64,000 nucleotides of DNA from Eledone cirrhosa. Lineage: Eukaryota. Each line of letters opens with the position of its first letter. Position 1 is the first letter of the stretch. Position numbers and translations under genes: made by a program. Positions 1 to 14,469 of the stretch are shown here, one piece after another. The notes beneath the pieces are model-generated. The model was given only the letters and a program-made list of their open reading frames with translations. It searched no databases and was not told where the DNA came from. Location of the stretch: the NCBI GenBank assembly GCA_964016885.1, contig OZ024740.1, positions 87,420,001 to 87,484,000 on the forward strand. Reading direction: 5' to 3'.

Positions 1-1675
1 GAAGCTGAACTTGTCGTTACCGACATGCAAAGCCTACAGTAGATGGATTAGCACTTTAGTTAAGCAGCACTTGATGGGGGCCCATTCTCAACAACAGATG
101 GCGGTACTCTCTCAAGAGGGCAGTTAGATTAGACTCGATAGGTTTTAGTAAAGAATTAGTGTTAGATAGAAATAAGACCAAAAAGGAACTGGTAGATAAA
201 GTAGAAGAGGCACTTAGGAGTGGCAACATAGCCAGCGTGCTAGCGACGAGAACGGCCTTGGACCAGTTCTTCGATGCAAAGCATGAAGGCTGCATTGTCA
301 GAAGCAAAATATGTGCTCTGGGAAACGAGGGAGCCAAAGCTGTTAGCTGGGCCTGAGTGACGCAGGCGAAAAGTGGCAACAAGTCCACAATTCGGTCTTT
401 GAAGGGCCAAGACGGATGTGTGATACGTGAGCCGAAGCAAATGTGCGCGGCCTTTCAGTGGCACTTTGCTCAACTGTTCGGGCAGGGCGGCGCACCGGGA
501 GGGAAGGGGCTATGGATTTTGGTTCATACCTCGACGGCCTACCGCGACTCTCGGACAGCGAGGCGAAGTTCTGCGAAAGGCCGCTGAGATAGGGGACGCG
601 CTGAGCCAATGTGGCAAACGCAAATCTCCAGGTCTCGACGGTCTACCCTACGCATTTTATGTAGCAATGCCGGACTTGTTCTCCGGTCTCCTGCAACTGG
701 TAACAGAACGGGAGAATTCCCAGTTCTGTGACCAAGGGCGTAATCACGTTAGTCAGGAAGGACGAGAACAAGGGGGATGACATAGGCAACTTCCGGCCCA
801 TAACTCTGCTCAACACAGAGTTACAGATTTTGGCCAAGGTGTTGGCAAAGAGGCTGGCGCTTGTCGTCGAAAACCTGGTGGGAGAAGCGCAGACATGCGC
901 AATCCCGACCAAGTCCATACACGACAACCTCCACCTCATGTGATACATCATAGAGAGGGTAGGGTGTAAACCCGGCTTCGGTGGGGCCCTGATCAACTTG
1001 GATTAGTCTAAGGCTTTCGATAAGGTTGACCATCGTTACCTGGATGCGGTGCTCGAGGCGGCAGGCTTTGGTACCGTGTTCAGGGGCTGGATTGCTGCAA
1101 TGAACAACAGCAACATCTGCTCAAGGGTCAAGGTGAACGGCTACCTCTCTGAGCTGTTCCATATATGCAATCCATCTGACAGGGATGCCCTCTCTCCTCC
1201 CTTCTGTACGTACTGACTCTCTACTGAGCCACTACTGCGGAAGTTGGAGCTATTGCAGGGCATGCCTTTGGAAATGTGCTATGGCTATGGTGAAAGAGGT
1301 TATATGGTGGACGAGGTTAAAAGGGCTGAGGTCAGACACCTTTCTCTCCGGCGAACAACTGATTCGTTTTTTCAAATATCATTTTGGAAGAAGAATCAGG
1401 ATGGAGAGAGAGGTGCTGTACCCCTATATAAGCCTGTAGGTTGAGGAAAAAGAGGAAGATAGGAAGGGAGTACTCACTCTTGGTGCTCCTGGAGATGAGG
1501 GTTGTACATTTTTTCGGGGTGTGTATAACCCCTGTGTAACGCCTCCTCCCTATTGGGGATAACAATTGTTATTTGGTATTTTATTAATAGTTTTATTTTC
1601 ATATACCTGTATGTAAACTCCCCATTTGTATTTGTCCCCTTCTTTTGTGCCCTTGTGGCTAATAAAGAAATTTAT
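1..1675 (+). mobile_element. Decayed L1/Tx1-clade non-LTR retrotransposon (ORF2 RT region, internal deletion, 3' UTR); runs off the window start
   Basis: Broken frames give KSPGLDGLP, KGVITLVRKDENKGDDIGNFRPITLLNTELQILAKVLAKRL, LINLD*SKAFDKVDH and a QGCPLSPLL-like motif; stops and frameshifts; jumps to a C-terminal segment near 1270-1290; ends gcccttgtggct-AATAAA at about 1661. Confidence 0.85.
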
Positions 1676-2020
1676 CTCTCTACCTACCAGCCTATCTAGC
1701 AATCTATTAATAACAGTAGCAGTCCAAAGATAGCTAGATAGGTAGAGAAGTAGCTACATAGATAGATCAAGGATAATACAAAGCAAGCATAATTTAGTGG
1801 ATATGTGTTTGATAACAATTAAAATATAAATGGAAGAAAATTACTGTAATTGATTTAAATTAAATACAGTAAGTGACAAGAGGAAGCATGGCAAAGAAAA
1901 TTGAGGATTAAACATCTTTACATAGAATGCTGTAATTAGGAGATATTAAATTAAATATTGTTTTACTATAAACTCTGTCATTTTCACAGGTGCTATATAG
2001 TATATGTGTGTGTATATATA

Positions 2021-3361
2021 TCATCATCATCATCATCATCGTTTAACGTCCATCTTCCACGCTTGCATGGGTTTGAACGGGAGTTTTCCCACTTGAGGCA
2101 AAATTGGTTGTCCTGCTCGTATAGGACTGTCTGGTGGGTTTTCTACGGCTGGGTGCCCTTCCCAACACCAACCACGTTTACAGTGTGGACTGGGAGGTTT
2201 TTACCGTGTTACCTACACGACCACATTACAGCGTGGACTGTGTGTTTTTTGTCGTGACACCTACACGACCTCATTTGTTTCGGACTTGATGTTGTGGTAC
2301 CAACATAACTTCACATTTAAGGGGGTGGTGTGGATGGGGTGGGGGTAGTGGGACAGGGGTGTATTTTGTTAGAGGTGCCTACTGACAGTAGGTTTCGCTT
2401 TGTACTTAGGCAAGGCGGTTCTTCTGTATAACTGTGTAGCGCCAAAGATCTCGGTCCAGTGATATTGTCTTGGAGAGATGTAAGTGTGTGAGGTCGGAAT
2501 TTATCAAGTCGTCCCAGGTTTTTCTGGGTCTGCCTACTCCGTGGCTACCGTCTATTTTTAGCGCTCTGCACTTTTTTATAGTCGTCTTACATGCACATCA
2601 CATGACCGTACCAACGTAGTCTTCTCTCAAGTAAACAACATCTGATCCCTCTTATTCCTAATTTCTCCCTTAGTTTGTTTATGCTTTGCCATTCACGTAT
2701 ATTACTATTACACATCCAGCAGAGCAAGCAAGCTTCGTTTCTCTCCAGTCTGCGTATATCCTCTGCACACAATGCCCAGGTCTCACTGCCATGTAACATT
2801 GCTGTTCGTATGCAGGCATCATACAGCCTGTCTTTCATTTTTAGAGAGAACCCTTTAGCGGCCAATAGTGTTATAAACTCTCTGAACTTTTTCCATCCCG
2901 TTCTGACTCTAGCTACTGTACTTTCAGAGCACCCTCCACCACTGCTGATTTTGTAACCCAAGTAACGGAAGCTGTCCACTATTTCTATAGAACCATCTAT
3001 GCAATGGAATGAGCTAGTATTCTGTGGGCACTTGCTGCTACTTATTGCACCAGCGCACCGGCCACATATAAAATCTATATTCTTAGTTAGCTTATCTGTG
3101 ATCCCACTACATCTTTTATGCACCCATGCTTTGCATTTGGGATATAAAATGGAGTTTCTGATTACTCCTTTCCTACACACTGAGCATGGCCATTTCCCAG
3201 ATGGGACCGGTGCTCTATTTTCCTTCCTACAAACTAGAACTTTAGTCTTAGACAGGTTAATTTTAAGGCCTTTTGATTCTAGGCCATGCTTCCATGTTTG
3301 GAATTTCTTCTCTAGTTCAGCCATTGATTCAGCTATGAGCGTTAGATCATCTGTGTATAGG
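2021..3361 (-). mobile_element. 5'-truncated RTE-clade LINE (subfamily A) with (GAT)n tail
   Basis: ORF 2587-3417 contains LLYTDDL, GLKINLSKTK, a CSVC..CKAWVHKRC cysteine-rich insert, FRYLG, AMLHGSETW and RRLRWYGHV; 3' UTR ends in (cat)n on the + strand; flanked by (TA)n. Confidence 0.9.
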
Positions 3362-3363
3362 AG

Positions 3364-3402
<39 letters not shown>

Positions 3403-4039
3403 CATACACACACACACGTAAATTCCAGAGTTGTGTCGGGTAACAACAGTTAAAAAAGTACTTGATACATTGGTAGAGTATAGACATCTTTATTATATAA
3501 ATAGAAATTACTTCTACGTGACTAGAACTCTTCATTTGTGTGAAATCATCAGGAACGTCTTAAAATTTAATGATATATCATTAAATGTTAGCAGCGAGTC
3601 ATTTTAAATATCAATAAATATTTACTGATGAATAAACTCAATATCTCTGGTACTCCTGGATGAATTAGCCACCTAAGGCAAAACATATCTCCAGTCAATT
3701 CAAGATGTGTATGTCTGCATATGTGTATTTGTGTGTCAGTTTCAATAAAAAAAAAAAAAATAAATAAAAATGTGTGTGTATCTTGATTTGAAAGTCATAG
3801 AACTAATTGACTCATCTGCCAATCTATAACCCTTGCTCTAAAGACACCTCATCAGTTCCTACGATAGAAAACTGCTTTCACATTTAGGATGTGAGACCAT
3901 ACATAAGTGAGATGCAGATCCCTGGCCTGTCTGGGAGGTTAGTAGCCCCGCTGCAGTACTGACTTGGTCTATGTCAACCCACTCAACCTTTGCTAACAAG
4001 GAAAGCTGGCATTAAACAATGATGATGATGATGGTGGTG

Positions 4040-4260
4040 TGGTGCTCATACACAAAAGAAAAGCTTTTCAACTATTTGGCTCTGTCACCAACACCATGAA
4101 GCATCAAGCCTATAGATATTCTTCTACTCTCGACAATTTCTATCTTTGTAATGGCCTCTGCATCTCAGAGTTAGCTAATTGCATACCACCTCCTATGACA
4201 TATTTTCCTACTCTCTTCACTAATTGTTATTCCTCTTCCAGATATAGTATCAGAAGGTAC
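4040..4260 (+). mobile_element. Old CR1/Jockey-like LINE 3' coding remnant
   Basis: KRKAFQLFG...FYLCNGLCISELANCIPPP resembles the CR1-group ORF2 C-terminus; highly decayed. Confidence 0.35.
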
Positions 4261-4744
4261 CTTCCTTCAGACTTACCTAACTACAATGTAGGTATTAACT
4301 TACAAAATCAAAATGAACATCAACTATAACTGTCTTGAGGACGAGGAAGTATCATGGACACTCACTCACTGTCTCTCTCTCCCTCTCACATACACTAATC
4401 CATAAAAAAAATTGTAAAGGAAATAAAATCATTTTGCTGCTTCAAGAAAGAGGGGGAAATGTGTGTGTATATGACCATGCATGTGTATAATTGTTGCTTC
4501 ACTTTTTGTCAATTATTTCATATTAATATAAGCAACCCATCTTATATATCAGGGTCTATATTGTCCGATACATTCTTTCTTTATGACTGTTAGGTGTGGT
4601 TTTCAGGGACATTTTGCTGCTATTTCTAGCCAGCTAAGGGACTGCATTGTAGTTGCTGCTGCTGTTGTGGCTGCTTTTAGAATGAGGCAAACTTACTTCC
4701 CAATTAAATTGGTCTCGTTTGAACGTGCTGGTTCTATTATTACA

Positions 4745-4777
4745 TCAATGTCGGCCCTAGTGGCCAATAAAGAAAGA
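4745..4777 (+). mobile_element. Ultra-short 3' end of a Tx1-like LINE
   Basis: ggccctagtggcc-AATAAA-gaaag matches the 3' terminus at about 1650-1670; flanked by direct repeat attattaca (4736-4744, 4778-4786). Confidence 0.55.
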
Positions 4778-5837
4778 ATTATTACAATGTATCTTTTGTT
4801 ATTGTCCTCATGTATCTTCACCTCATGGATTTGTTTCACAATGGTGAAAAGAAGATGGATTTCTAATGATCATTTTTTTTTTTTTTTCAATATAAATTAA
4901 TAAGAGAGCAAGCTGAAATGGGAGCTAGGATAATATTATCATGAAGTCTGTTGTTGTTAATGATGACTGGAGTGGAGAAAAAGATAACAAAAGCATATAT
5001 AGAGAGAGGAATTAATGAAGAACAAAGATAATAGCAGAGCAGCAGACATCTCTAACCTATTCCAACAGAAAAATAGATATTACTTCTGTAATATATCAAA
5101 TGATAATAATGATAAAATTTACTATTTATTTTAGATCAATACCACTACTTCCTAAAAGCTAAAATAAATATATCTATGTGCAAACACATACACATAATAT
5201 AAAATGTTTATATATATCACACTTTCTCTCTCACACACACACACATCAACCACTAAATTAAGCTTGTTATAAGCAATCATAAATTTATAACATTGTACAT
5301 TGTCTGAAGTAGACCTAAAATTACCTTGGGTGGTAATTTTGTGTCTTCATTATTTCCAAGATGGTCACTAGCCTAACATTTTATTATTGCTAGTTTTTGT
5401 CAGTCTTGTCAATGCTACTTGTCTGTTTTAGAGAATTATTAATTTTCAGTAAGTTTATTTACATTGTATGAATATGTAATGAAATATGCAATTACATCGT
5501 GGAAGTGCCATTTTACTCATCGAAGAACACAAAAAATGCAGTTATATTCACATTTCATTCATTTTCCTTCTAGATTATCTTCTACACAATCAGAAACATT
5601 TGCTTTAATATATTCACAATATTTTATTCTTGTTCCATAAAACCCTTAAAATTCAAAGATGGTTTACTTAATAGTTCCTTACTTTATAGAATCAAAGCAC
5701 ATAGTAACACTGCAAAAATATTCAATATAGAAATATGAAACAAATAATACCTGCTTCTAAACAAAACTCATATTTTAAAACGCAACCTCCCTAAACTTAA
5801 TATAAGCTCTGTTGCCAAGTAATTATATATATATATA

Positions 5838-6200
5838 TCATCATCATGTTTACATCTGTTTTTCCATGTTTCCGTGGGTTAGATGGGTCCTTTTCAGCAC
5901 AACACCTCTTCACTCATTGCATTTCTCTTGTCATCTCCTGTGTAAGTCTCATTGATTTGAGATCATTTCTCATCACCTCCATCCAAGTCTTCCTTCCTCT
6001 GTGATTTCCTGGCACTTCTTCAACCAGTGATCATAATCCATGTGCATCACATGCCCATACTAATGCAGTTTTCTTTTTTGTACACTAACTCAGATTCCTC
6101 TTAAACCCAGCTACTCCCTCAGTTCAACCAAGCTCTGCCTTTCTCTCACATTTACATGGCACATCTAAAGCATGATTGCTTCATTTCTCTCCAGTCACTG

Positions 6201-6205
<5 letters not shown>
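5838..6205 (-). mobile_element. Old RTE LINE 3' fragment
   Basis: (cat)n tail plus diverged match to RTE C-terminal sequence (gcatcacatgcccatac, gcttcatttctctccag). Confidence 0.6.
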
Positions 6206-6239
<34 letters not shown>

Positions 6240-6358
6240 AGAGAAACATTGAATACATTCACAATGAACTATATATTTTAAAAATAAAGTTTTGTAGGTC
6301 TAGTAGATCAGTTGTATGCTAGTTCTGCATGTCGTATTTTTATGTAAAAATGCTACTT

Positions 6359-6741
6359 CATCATCATCATCATTTTACGTCCGTTTTCCCTGCTTGCAAG
6401 GGTGGGACGGGAACTGATTCTGGCTTGATTTCTACAGCTCAATGCCCTTCCTAACACCAACCTCATTTACAGTGAGTGCTGGGTGCTTTTTTTCCGTGGC
6501 GCCTACATGTCCACTTTACAGTGTGGGCTGGGTGGTTTTTTTGCCATGGCACCTCCACAACCACTTTCCAGTGGAATGATAGAGACCCTAGTCCCTATCA
6601 TCTCATTTCTACAGCTGAGTAAACTGGAGCAATGTGAAATAAAGTGTCTTGCTCAAGGAAATAACACATCACCTGGTCTGAGAATTGAACTCACAACCTT
6701 TCGATTGCAAGGCCAATGCTCTAACAACTAAGCCATGTGCC
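6359..6741 (-). mobile_element. tRNA-derived SINE with RTE-derived 3' tail (family 2)
   Basis: Reverse complement of 59611-59996; A box (tggcttagttgtt) and B box (gttcaattc); (GAT)n tail; 8-bp TSD tgctactt at 6351-6358 and 6742-6749. Confidence 0.85.
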
Positions 6742-7317
6742 TGCTACTTATATATAATTATATATGGTTTACATAGAAATATGTAATATTTCAGTATAAT
6801 AGAGTAGTGAGCTTACTTAACCAATATACAAGGACCCTAGACATTTGTAATGGTTTCTACAGCTGGATACCCTTCATAACGCCAACAACTTCACAGGGTA
6901 TACTGGGTGTGATTTTCCTGATACCTACACCATCACTTTACAGAGTGGACTGGGTGCATTATATTATGGCACCAACAATAACACTTAACAAAAGGTATTA
7001 ATTTTTAACTTCAACTCTTACAAAATTAAAGAAGTACACAAGATATAGTGAGACTAATTCAACTGATTCACAGATAGACACACAACACCCAACTCTAAAA
7101 ATATTGATCATGGGTTTGAACAAAAGAAGTTAATATTTTAAGAATGAATACAATACTACACAGAATTATCATGCCAATCAGTTGAATCTGAGCCATTGAA
7201 ATTATTGCAGATAGACTTGGGAAAGGTTGAAACCAATTTAATGTACACATTAAGCAAACATATATAAGTTACATTTAAAAATTATTTATGTGAATCTTGG
7301 CAGGATTTAAGACAAAC

Positions 7318-7650
7318 ATCATCATCATCACCATCATTTTATGTCTGTTTTCCATGCTAGCATAGGTTGGGCAGTCTGTCATGGTCTGAGAACAGATGGC
7401 TCAGAGAGATCTCATCTTGTCCATACATTTCACATTTTGGCCTGATTTCTATGATGAGATGCCCTTCTAACACCAACACCACAATTTTACTTGTTGCATT
7501 TTACCCTGACACCAGCACTACCATTTTACAGTGTGCTGGTTGCATTTTATCCTGACACCAGCACTACCTTTTACAGTGTGCTGGTTGCATTTTATCATGA
7601 CAACAGTATTACCATTTTTCAGAGTGTACTGGGTGCATTTTATCATGGAA
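7318..7650 (-). repeat. RTE/SINE 3' tail with about four tandem ~45-bp units
   Basis: (cat)n tail; repeated caccagcactaccattttacagtgtgctggttgcattttatcctga units at about 7470-7650. Confidence 0.65.
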
Positions 7651-10600
7651 CCAATATAAGGAATTTTTACATCATTTAGTAGTGTTAATGCTAATCAACA
7701 TTGGAAATACTGAAATTATGAACTCCAGTAAACAGCAAATGAAGGGAAAGCTGTGTGGACAATACACTCAATCAGGTTCAGAGCATTACACACACAACAC
7801 AAAGTAAGCATTTTGCTATATATATATATATATATATAAAGTTCAATAAATCATACCTCAGAGTTCACACATGGTAAGGATCAATAGATAATTGTAATAT
7901 AATGGTAAAATTCTATGAGCTATACACTCTCCTGCAAACTGACCTTACTCATATCAAAAGAAATTTTGTTTGAGCACCAGTGTGCGAGTTAGAGAGAAAA
8001 TATGTCTCAGTACGTGTGTGCATCAGCATTCACACACAAACGTTAAGTGTCATTAATATTTTTAGTCGTTAGACAATTAACTAAAATATCTTTGTTCTTC
8101 AAAAGCAATAGAATTCAAACGGTTTTAATGATTACCTAGTCAAAATTGACTGACATAACAAGGATTTTTTATTGGTAATATCTGAAAATGGGAACGATTG
8201 TAAACTGGAACTAAACACAAACCGTATTGTTTCCAATTTTGTCTAAATCAATATAGACAACAAAACCATGATTCCATAACCTGAGATTTATTAATCTTTA
8301 GTTGAATGCTGACTAATGTTATCTGTTGGGGAATATACAATATTGGGAAAATATTTCAAATGAAACGGAATTACATACAACATGTGTGTGTGTGTGTATG
8401 TGTGTGTGTGCGTGTGTATATATATATATTGGAAAAATAAAAATCTAACAAAAATCATTTAATGAATACAATCACATTAAGTTGTCTGCAGCAGTATTGT
8501 CAAGAGGGTCTTAATTATAGATTGTTGCATTAGAAATATATATATATATATATATTGTAAGCAACCATTGTGAAATGTTCTGAGTAAATTGCACACTACT
8601 GCACAGATCGAATCTTATGATCTATTGAAACATGCCTTGTAATAGTTAACTATGAAAATTATAATACAATTCATAACAATGATAAATAGCTATAAATGCA
8701 CCAACAGAAATTTCAATAGTTAGTTCCATAACTGTTTCTATAGCCTGCTATTTTCAAATCTTAACTGTAAGGCTGATTAAGCATTGGTTAGTCAGCCCAA
8801 GGTTATATAATAGATGACACTTGGTTAAGGTGGTACACAGTGGAACCAAGCCCAAAGCCACATCATTGCAAAGTCATCTTAATCACACTGTCATATCTGC
8901 AGCTTTATTAATAATCATTTTGGAAAATATATTACTACACATTAATAATCAGCAATTAAATATTTCTCATAAAGACCAAGTTTTAAACAAATAACATCAG
9001 AGTATAATAAACACTTATATTTAATCTCTTGCAACTAGTTGTAGTGCCATGAAAAGTATTTGTATGCAGTCATTACAATAAAATACACCATTTTATTAGC
9101 TTTTTACCTTTCATCCTTCCAGTATTGATAAAACAAAGTACCAGCCATGAAATGGGATTGATAAAACAAAGTACCAGCCATGAAATGGGTTGATGTAATT
9201 GACTTTCTCCTCCCCACATATTGTTGGCTTTGTGCTTAAATTAAAAATAATTATCTTTTACTATTTAGTTACAAAGGGAAAAAAAGTGCCCTGACTTTTT
9301 CCATGCCATCTAAGACAGGTGAGGTCAAGGAGAAAGGTATTCTTAATCTGGAGACCTGGCCTACGTTCTTGCAAGAAATTGACTCAGCTAAATGCACTCA
9401 ATGTCTAGGTGGTGGTTTTAAACTATACAATGGATAAAGTCTGCCACCTAAGTAATCTACTGTGACATTTGAACACAGGATAGACAGAGCCAGAAACTAT
9501 ATCATAAAAAGTTTTGTTTGAAAATCTAACTTGCTTGTGAAGCAAACTTCCTGGCCATATTTGCTCATATCGATTGAATCGATCAACAAAATCTCAGATT
9601 TTGTTTGCATACCGAGTGGGGTTGAACTCATCAAAACAGACCAAGGAAACAATGTATCCATTGGTCTTTCCATTGTTGATACAATCTACTGGTTGCAACT
9701 CCTGGCAGAAACAGCAGCATGTAATAAAGTGCCTTGTTCAAGGATATAATGCATCAAACTCATGACCTTACAGTTGTTAATCCAATTCTCTAACCACTAA
9801 GCCACACACCTTCACATATTTACATTAGTAAAAGAAAGATTAATTATTAGCATCATGTTATCTGAATTTACAAAAGTACAGTAGAGTAAACAGCTAATAT
9901 GAGTAGAGTAAACAATAAATGATATTTCAAGTATTAAAGAATACCACAAGATTCAATATTCATACATTACTCTACTTGCAAAGACAAATTAAGATATTGT
10001 GTGCTTCAACATGTAAATCTATATAAATATTGATTAGTTAAACATAGATAAGTGTTGAGTAGGAAGAGAAATGGCCAAGCAATAATGTGTCACTGTGAAT
10101 ACTCACAGGAAGTACATTTCCAGATAGATCTGGTTTTCTGCATGGTTAAGGTCACTGATGCAATCATTTGAATATAAATACGAATTAGCCTCCGTTTCCA
10201 GAAAGAGAACAAGCTAGTATAAATACTTTTATTACTACAACTCATCTACATTCCAAGCTAATGTTCAACCAAGCAAAGATAAATCTCCATTCTCTCTTGT
10301 TTACATTGGAGAAGACAGGTCAGCAAAGCATAAACAAATTACATATGACTCTCCCATAAAGAATAAAAAATGCCACATTGACTATACCCTAAATCTACAA
10401 CCATTCAAGTTAACCTTATAGAAATATACTAGAATTTGAAGTTATTATCCATGATTACTATAGTCATTTTTGGGGGGCTTCTTTTTTTTTTTAGAAGTTT
10501 ATAAAATAAGCAACAACTAACACTCAATTCTTAACATCTTGGATGATTTGTATCCAATGACAACTTTATCATTCACAAAACAAGCTATTTCAAATTAAAT

Positions 10601-13600
10601 TAATTCAAAATGTTTTATTTAAAGTACTTATCTAGAAGGCAATAGACAACAAGACAATTAGACACACAGATATTAGTTAGATTTCTATTATGTTCCAAAA
10701 AGGGAACTGCCTATGACCTACTTTATAATTTTCTTTTGGTAAGTAGGCTGCAATAGTATATTATAAAACTTGAAGAATTTTGAGTCAACTATTTATAGAT
10801 AAGAACTAACACAGAAAGAGGTTGGTGGTTCTTATTTAGCTCTAGCTCAGTCCTGATTTTGTGGCAATGTAATCAAAGGTGTTCTTGTCCTGACCAAAAT
10901 AACATCTTTTATTGTATAGTGTGTTTTATAATCGTTGTAGTTGTATGAGGTTCAGGAGAGTGTTATGTAATGGAGAAAGGAAGAAGAGACGGGGTGAGAG
11001 AGATAGACATGAGGTGAAGAAGTAAGCTATAGAGAGCTGAAAGAAAGAAATTACAACTAAATAAACAACATAAAACTTGTTTAGAATTGTATATATTTTG
11101 TAGGGGGTGGGTTCGTTTAGTTGCTGATAGAGGTGTATTTAGAGTGAGAGTTAAAATTAGAATTAGTAGAATTACCATAAATGGGTAAATGGCTGCAAAC
11201 TACAAGCCTTGTTGCTGGGGTGTATGTTAATGAGCACTTTCAAATCTAGAATCCTTTTCCATATTTGATCATTCTTTGCTTGACAAATCCATCTTTTATT
11301 TTGTTCAGGCAGCATATATAAGACCACAATATCTGAGGTGTCCTTTTAAAATACCAGGTTGGTTTGACTGATATTTCTAGCAAGTCAAGCAACTACATAG
11401 AGGTTGCCTCATTGAAACATCATGTTATGGGTAGATTAAAGTGCAGGTGAGTAATTTCTATATCTATAACACTAACAGCGTAGAAGTGACACACAGAAGA
11501 CATCAGGAAAAAGTAACAAAGACATAGTAGCTGATTATCCAAACACATGCTATTCTAGATATAAGAATTATGCTCCAATGTTATATTTCACCCATACTAG
11601 GGTTTTAAGCAGTCTTTCCTTCCACAATTGTATGCAGGGTAGGGTAAGCCACACTATGTGTATTAGAAAGGGAAAGATAGGGTTAGTCATTATTAACAGA
11701 AAATGTAATAGATTACTGGGTTTCAGTAGTTAAGGCAGACTGAAATGCAATGATGGTGCCAACAGAAGCTGATATATAATAGTCGGTTAAGGAAATGTAT
11801 GCATAACCCATATAGAGAGGGTTTGGTTAAGATATTTGCATAGGATTTTATGAAAGTCTTTTTTAATATAAAGCGAAACAGCTTTTTATTTCATATGATC
11901 ACTGCTTGCAGATCATTTGCATGTCTCATAAAAAGGAGATTACCAGTGAATGGACACAACTTCTTAGAACATAAACCGATAGACAATAAGCACAGAGAGG
12001 GGTAGAATATCTTGTAAGAGAAACCCATTAATAATAGTTTCTATTACCTCAATAGGAGATGAAAGAGAAGTGTTGGTAGAAACAGATGTGACTTCTTTCT
12101 TGAGGGATGAAAGAAACAGTTACACGCTTTAATAATCATATGTTGTTGCATGTCGAGATAGATTTTAATGTTTAATAAAAAGAAGACTCAATTCAGAAGC
12201 TGATATTTGGTTAATGACTGTAAAGCACGTGACTTAGTGGTATTTATGGCTTGATTCAAATATTCCAAAGGGAAAGGTTTATATGCAAACATTAAGGAGA
12301 TAATAATGCAGTGAAGGTCAAGAATTTATTGATACTCTTCAAAAATAGTCCCTCTCTGAAATGAAATATTCATGATGCTGCTGTTGTTGTTTAGCCCAGG
12401 GTCAGCTCTGATCGATCAAGTAGGCCTTTACACAGAAATATTCCTGTAGCCAAAGCAACATTATCCAAATATCTTGCCTTCTTCTAACACACTATAGTGT
12501 AATTGAAAAGAGATTATACTGTTATTCCCAGCATGTCAAGTGACCATATACAGCAATGGCTACCAAATGGATTGTCACAGAATTGTATTAAAAGGGAGCT
12601 TAACTTGTGAAACTCCACAGGATCCATGAACAACCTTTCAATAATACTAGAGTAGGCAAACCCACATTGGCTTATAATCATAAAGTAAATGTGTCATTTT
12701 TACATTAAAAAAAAAACCTCTAAATTATCTATTATAACTAAAGTAGAATCTTTTAGTAACATATATGACCATGTTTGGGTACAACAAAATGAATAACTCT
12801 CAGGGTATAAGTTGAATGAAAATATGCAAAATTTTACATTTTTCAAAGCAAATTTAAAGAAAATTCTAACAAGTAAAGAATCACTTTAAGAAAATACATA
12901 TGTACAAGGTCTCTGATTAGAGGATACCTCCCTCCAACGATTCTCAGAAGCTCTACAGAGCATCACAAACACTGTCCTTCTCTTTCTGACTTAACGGTTA
13001 AAAAAAAATGACAGCCAGAGAACATTATTGTTAGTAACAGCTAACATAGGCGAGTTTATGTACATCCCACTATTGTAAAATCAATAGACATACAACAATG
13101 TAATTGGCAAAACAATAATGTAGCTAGAATTAACATTTCCAGGGGGTTAATTGGAAATTTTTTTAAGCCTTCTTTCCTTCCTCATCATCATAATTTTACG
13201 TCCGCTTTTCCCTGCTTGCAAGGATGTTTAAATATTGGCATTTATACTTTTTTATCAATTAATAGAAATAATACAATATCCATCATAGGCAATTAAAAAT
13301 TCATTTTCCAAATATATACAAAAATAATCAGTCTTATTAATTAGAAATCTATATAAATCACAAGCTCTCAAAGAATCTGTGAAGGCTCCTGTTAGACGCA
13401 GCTTTTGAGAGAAAATTTTGTTAGATTTAGGAAAAGAAAAACAAAAACATTAAATAGCCATGTCGACTAATCCTGAATTAAGAGCTAATATTTTACACAG
13501 AGACATGAAACCAAAATTATGAAAATATACATAGTTCTTAGAAAAAGATGTGAAAATCAATCTTTGTGGATAAATATAAGAGGAAAATGCATACACTAAG

Positions 13601-14117
13601 CATCATCATTTTATATCTACTTTCAATGCAGGCACAGGTTGGCTGGGTTTTATGGTCCCAGTCAGTTCATATTCAGTCTTACTATACTCCTAGATGGGTC
13701 AAAGGATGTCTCCCTCACTCTTTCCTAGAATATTTATGTTTTATTCTGCAGAACTATGTCAGACAAAAGCCAGATCTAGAATCTAAGAAAAAATAAACTT
13801 AATTCAAAGGATGGTGAATATTTATTTCTCACTTTCTATATAATATTCACAGAATTATAGTAGGCCACTGCAGCTCAACTTAGAAATAAGATTACTACAT
13901 GGTTTTTATACAACACATCAGAATTACTATAGTTAACAATGAACCAATTTAGTCCAGCATATTATGTATAGATATCAATAACTGAACTATAAATACTGTA
14001 TATATTTGTAGATAAGCTGCAGTTCTTTTACTTTGAAAACAAAATAATGGGTCACAACAAAACACGTTTTATTTTTCATCTTATCAACATTGCTCTGAAT
14101 TTGAAATATTAAATAAT

Positions 14118-14469
14118 GGTTTCTGATTTAGGCACAAGGCCAACACTTTTGTGGGAGGGGAAAGTCGATTAAATCAACCTATGTGTTACTGATATTTTAT
14201 TGATCCCATAAGGATGATAGGCAAAGCTAACCTTGGTGGTATTTGAACTCAGAATATATAGAGCTGAACAAATACTGGTAAGCATTTTCCATCACTCTAA
14301 CAACTCTTCCAACTCACCACCTTTAAATATTAAATAATTGTTTCTACTTTAGGCACAAGGCCAGCAATTACCCAGTACATTACTGGTACTTTATTTTATC
14401 GACCCCATAAGGATGAAAGGCAAAGTTAACCTCGGCGGGATTTAAACTCAGACTGTAAAGGGACGTAAC
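14118..14469 (-). mobile_element. Two adjacent tRNA-derived SINEs (family 1), one older and one younger 5'-truncated
   Basis: ggcacaaggcc..tttatcgacccc.taaggatgaaaggcaaagttaacctcggcgggatttgaactcag consensus; target repeat (aaa)tattaaataat at 14104, 14325 and 14470. Confidence 0.85.

Noticed and set aside
7855-7935. Minus-strand exon candidate GECIAHRILP, resembling a phospholipase C-beta C2 motif
   Set aside because: Similarity is limited to about 6 residues, there is an in-frame stop before the donor, and no supporting neighbouring exons
11600-12350. Possible old CR1-like LINE on the - strand
   Set aside because: Composition is suggestive, but no diagnostic motif could be read, so it is not listed as a feature
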